DNA of 64,000 nucleotides from an uncultured bacterium (GTDB lineage Bacteria; Bacillota_I; Bacilli_A; RFN20; CAG-826): NCBI GenBank assembly GCA_949290395.1, contig CASERQ010000004.1, positions 85,598 to 149,597 of the forward strand, read 5' to 3'. Shown piece by piece: positions 61,010 to 64,000 of this stretch (position 1 is its first letter; each line of letters starts with the position of its first letter). The notes under the pieces were generated by a model. It saw only the letters and a program-made list of their open reading frames with translations, ran no database searches and was not told where the DNA came from. The position numbers and the translations under genes were made by a program.

Positions 61010-64000
61010 ATGAAAGGTACTACGAATAAGGTTGCTATTTTAGGTTTATCTCTTGTGCTTGGTGCATCATTCTGTGCAACAGCTGTTTTTGGCTTTGCTG
61101 CAACAGGACTTGCTCCACTTTTTAAAGATAACCTTATTGTTACTACAGAAGATTTAACAGATATATATACTGGTGAAGAAATTGACTTCGGCGATTCCGA
61201 GATTGAAATCTCTTCCGGAATGCTTGCTCCAGGAGATTATATTGTCGAAGAACCTGTTACTAAAACTTATAAAGATGCAGGAACATATAAAAATCGCGTA
61301 AACTTCAAGATTTACGACATAAATGGGCAAGATGTAACTAGACAATATAATATCTCACGTGATTATGGAGATATTATAATCAATCAAAGACAACTCGAAA
61401 TAAGTTTAAATTCTGATGTTGTTGATCCTTCATATGTTGAAACCGGGGATTGGCTAAGTGGAGATGAGCTTATTGTTGAAGGGGATGGACTTTGCCCAAA
61501 TCATAGTCTTTCAGCGAGAGTTACCAAAGAAGAAAAGGGTGGAAGCTATGAATTCAAATTCAGTCCTCGTGTAGTTGATGAAAATGGAAATAACGTAACT
61601 TCAAATTACGTTAATAAGATTAATATTTCTTTTTCCAACTTACCTGATATAGATTTTCCGCCAATTGAAGAGTGGGGCGATAAACTTCCTCCTGTTAATA
61701 TTGATCCAGATGATTTTGATTTTGATAATACATTGGAAGATTTGCTTGATGAAATTCCGGGTATTGAAAATCTAGATTTTGATATTTTTGGTTTTACTGC
61801 CCCAAGGGCTGGTTTGTATTATTTTAGAGGAACGTCATATGGCGACTATAATGGTTCTGGGTTTGACGTTGCTACCCCATATACAGGTACAACAACTGTT
61901 AATCCACTTGAATTTTCTTCTCAGTTTTACGATAAAGATCCTTTAACTATGACAATTCGTCTTTCAAAAAATATTGAAAGTGTAAATTATGATGTTGTTC
62001 CTTATTTTGCTGAATTTCCTAGAAAAAATGGAAATGATATAGCTTTTTCGATTAAGGAAAATCGAGAAGACTCGTATGGTGTTTTATATAATTACGATTT
62101 ATTACCACAATTAAGATTAAAACAAATTCAAAATGAGACTTTTAAAAGAACTGATACGTTATATTATGAAGAACGTAGTTATAGACAATTTGTTGAAAGA
62201 GAATATTTAAACGTTGATGATTATTTGGAGTCTCAACTTAATGGTTTTATCTTAGAACATGAAATGACAACCACTGATGTTGCCAAATTTACTGATGAAC
62301 TTACTAATATTTTTTATGAAGAATATGAAGCGAAGTGGGAAGGCTTAGGAAGTTCTAGTAGTTCAATTAGTGATTTCCTTCTTTCTACAAAAGCTGGAAA
62401 CGCTGAAAACTTTGCAAGTGCTGCAACAATGCTTTATAGAACAATAGGTGTTCCTGCTCGTTACGTAAAAGGCTACTTTGCTCCTTGTAAAGGTGCTGAT
62501 GAATTAACGGTTGTAAAAGCTTATAACCAACATGCTTGGACAGAGATTTATATAAACGGACACGGATGGATTCCTGTTGATTTTGTAGCTAGCTTAATTT
62601 TAAATGAAGCAATGAATCCTGATGATGGAATCGACGATCCAAGTGATACAGGTTTAGAAGACGATAATAACTACACTTCAGGCAAAAAGTTTGCAGATTC
62701 TGACTATTTATTTGATATTACTGTTGAAGAACCAGGTACCTATTATTTGAAAGAAGAGTCTTTGGGAAGTATAAACAGTAACTTTGGTCTTGATGGGGGA
62801 CCTATATATAGTCTTAATGGAGATAAGCCAAATCCTAATGAATTCCTTGGAAAACAAATAAGCAATGGTTACGCTTCTAGAGAAATTACAATTACATACC
62901 CAGAAGGTTCAATGCGAGAAAAAGATCTTGCTCCTTCTTATTATGCTGGAGATGGCGGATTGAGTGCAACCAACGATTTATATTATTTGACCACAGATAC
63001 GACAAGAACCTCTTATACTGTGCTGGAATATGAATACGATTATTATAGTGATCCTGATTTTTTAGATTCAATATTCTTTTGGTCTTCAAGTGATAATCAA
63101 GCCGAAGAGTTATATTCCGATTTTGCAATTTCTGAATATAAAGATATTAATCCTATTTTGAAGGCAACAATACAAGATAAGATTTATGAATATACGCCAA
63201 CTCTTCCAACTGACCCATATGTAATTCTTTCAACGATTGTTAAATATGTTTCTGAGATTGATGGAATTACTTATGAACCACTTGTTGAATACAATAAGAA
63301 TTACCAACCAAGTGATACAATTGAAGAGATTTTGATGAGACAACCTGCAAAAGTTGATTCTTCTTTAGTTTCTATTGCAGCAATGCTTCTTTTTAGATCA
63401 CTTGATGTACCTTGTAGAGTTGCTAGTGGTTATTTATATGAAGCCGATAAAGAAGGAACTGCAGCAATAACTGAATACAATAGATATTTCTGGAATGAAA
63501 TTTATTTCAAGGATCATGGTTGGGTTAGAGTAGACATCACAAAATATACCGGAATCTTAGATGATAAGTACAATAAAGCCAAAAATGTAATTAGTGTTAC
63601 ATCTGATGCAATTGATAAAGAATACGATGGCAAAACGACTTATTCTGAACCAAGAGTTGAAGGAACTGTTGTAGACGGTGATTTAGTTGATGCAACATAT
63701 ATTACAACTGTCAACGGAACAACAATTGATGAAAATGGAGAAATCGCACCTGTTGAAAATGAAATTTTCGTTTTTGCCGAGGGTGTTGATGGCCAGGATG
63801 TAATGTATAAATATGCATTCAAGTACAACTTAGGAACTATTACAGTTAGAAAGAAACAACTAGATATTTACTTAAAAAATATTGAAGAAACCTACGAACA
63901 AGGACTAGTATTATCTCCGGAAATTGACTATGTTAGTTGTGATGGGTTTAATTTCGACATCGAAAATGATTTTAAATATGAAATTTTAACTACATTATCC
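61010..64000 (+). CDS. Large membrane-anchored protein with two transglutaminase-like (papain-fold) domains lacking the catalytic Cys; partial, continues beyond the window
   Basis: Open frame from ATG 61010 (5 bp after the upstream stop) to the window end, with no stop. N-terminal TM (VAILGLSLVLGASFCATAVFGF). TGase-like cores GNAENFASAATMLYRTIGVPARYVKGY...NQHAWTEIYINGHGWIPVDF and SLVSIAAMLLFRSLDVPCRVASGY...YFWNEIYFKDHGWVRVDIT. The position of the nucleophile Cys is Ala/Ser. Confidence 0.55.
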   Translation, partial: MKGTTNKVAILGLSLVLGASFCATAVFGFAATGLAPLFKDNLIVTTEDLTDIYTGEEIDFGDSEIEISSGMLAPGDYIVEEPVTKTYKDAGTYKNRVNFKIYDINGQDVTRQYNISRDYGDIIINQRQLEISLNSDVVDPSYVETGDWLSGDELIVEGDGLCPNHSLSARVTKEEKGGSYEFKFSPRVVDENGNNVTSNYVNKINISFSNLPDIDFPPIEEWGDKLPPVNIDPDDFDFDNTLEDLLDEIPGIENLDFDIFGFTAPRAGLYYFRGTSYGDYNGSGFDVATPYTGTTTVNPLEFSSQFYDKDPLTMTIRLSKNIESVNYDVVPYFAEFPRKNGNDIAFSIKENREDSYGVLYNYDLLPQLRLKQIQNETFKRTDTLYYEERSYRQFVEREYLNVDDYLESQLNGFILEHEMTTTDVAKFTDELTNIFYEEYEAKWEGLGSSSSSISDFLLSTKAGNAENFASAATMLYRTIGVPARYVKGYFAPCKGADELTVVKAYNQHAWTEIYINGHGWIPVDFVASLILNEAMNPDDGIDDPSDTGLEDDNNYTSGKKFADSDYLFDITVEEPGTYYLKEESLGSINSNFGLDGGPIYSLNGDKPNPNEFLGKQISNGYASREITITYPEGSMREKDLAPSYYAGDGGLSATNDLYYLTTDTTRTSYTVLEYEYDYYSDPDFLDSIFFWSSSDNQAEELYSDFAISEYKDINPILKATIQDKIYEYTPTLPTDPYVILSTIVKYVSEIDGITYEPLVEYNKNYQPSDTIEEILMRQPAKVDSSLVSIAAMLLFRSLDVPCRVASGYLYEADKEGTAAITEYNRYFWNEIYFKDHGWVRVDITKYTGILDDKYNKAKNVISVTSDAIDKEYDGKTTYSEPRVEGTVVDGDLVDATYITTVNGTTIDENGEIAPVENEIFVFAEGVDGQDVMYKYAFKYNLGTITVRKKQLDIYLKNIEETYEQGLVLSPEIDYVSCDGFNFDIENDFKYEILTTLS

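Noticed and set aside
1-64000. CRISPR arrays, integrases/transposases, rRNA genes
   Set aside because: No spacer-repeat arrays, no recombinase/transposase-like ORFs, and no rRNA-like conserved stretches were seen in either strand.

Overview
This window is low-GC (about 30%) bacterial chromosome using the standard genetic code: TGA serves as a stop codon (for example at 5191-5193) and Trp is TGG. Lipoproteins carry an LTGCGAP-type lipobox. Gene order in the second half is the Bacilli-like block trpS / cysS-rlmB-sigH-like-rpmG-secE-nusG-rplK-rplA-rplJ-rplL-ybxB-like methyltransferase-rpoB-rpoC. The host therefore looks like a Firmicutes or Mollicutes-related organism (Erysipelotrichia or Acholeplasma-like) that does not use the mycoplasma code. 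The first 7 kb is a sugar-catabolism cluster (GH78-like glycosidase, FucI-like isomerase, FGGY kinase, class II aldolase), followed by a GH31 glycosidase.

Four accessory regions stand out:
- (1) 7.2-11.3 kb: a tightly coupled three-gene operon. Two paralogous proteins, each a RecB-family PD-(D/E)xK nuclease fused to a DUF2075/SF1-helicase-like ATPase (Nhi-like), flank a small MazG-like NTP pyrophosphohydrolase. This is a candidate defence module.
- (2) 14.9-23.2 kb: a family of collagen-like (GXY) surface lipoproteins with Listeria-Bacteroides (Flg_new) repeats, plus a 5' gene remnant.
- (3) 30.2-33.4 kb: a large collagen-like/Flg_new/BspA-LRR surface protein gene broken by two frameshifts, with a 103-bp exact direct repeat.
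- (4) 51.4 to beyond 64 kb, downstream of the rpoC terminator: a six-gene envelope operon encoding a multi-repeat lipoprotein, an LRR/Cys-rich membrane protein, two highly similar membrane-anchored McrB-family AAA+ GTPases flanking a coiled-coil protein, and a membrane protein with two transglutaminase-like domains that lack the catalytic Cys.

Regions (1) and (4) are the best candidates for an undescribed system. All calls come from reading the sequence and translations; no database searches were run.
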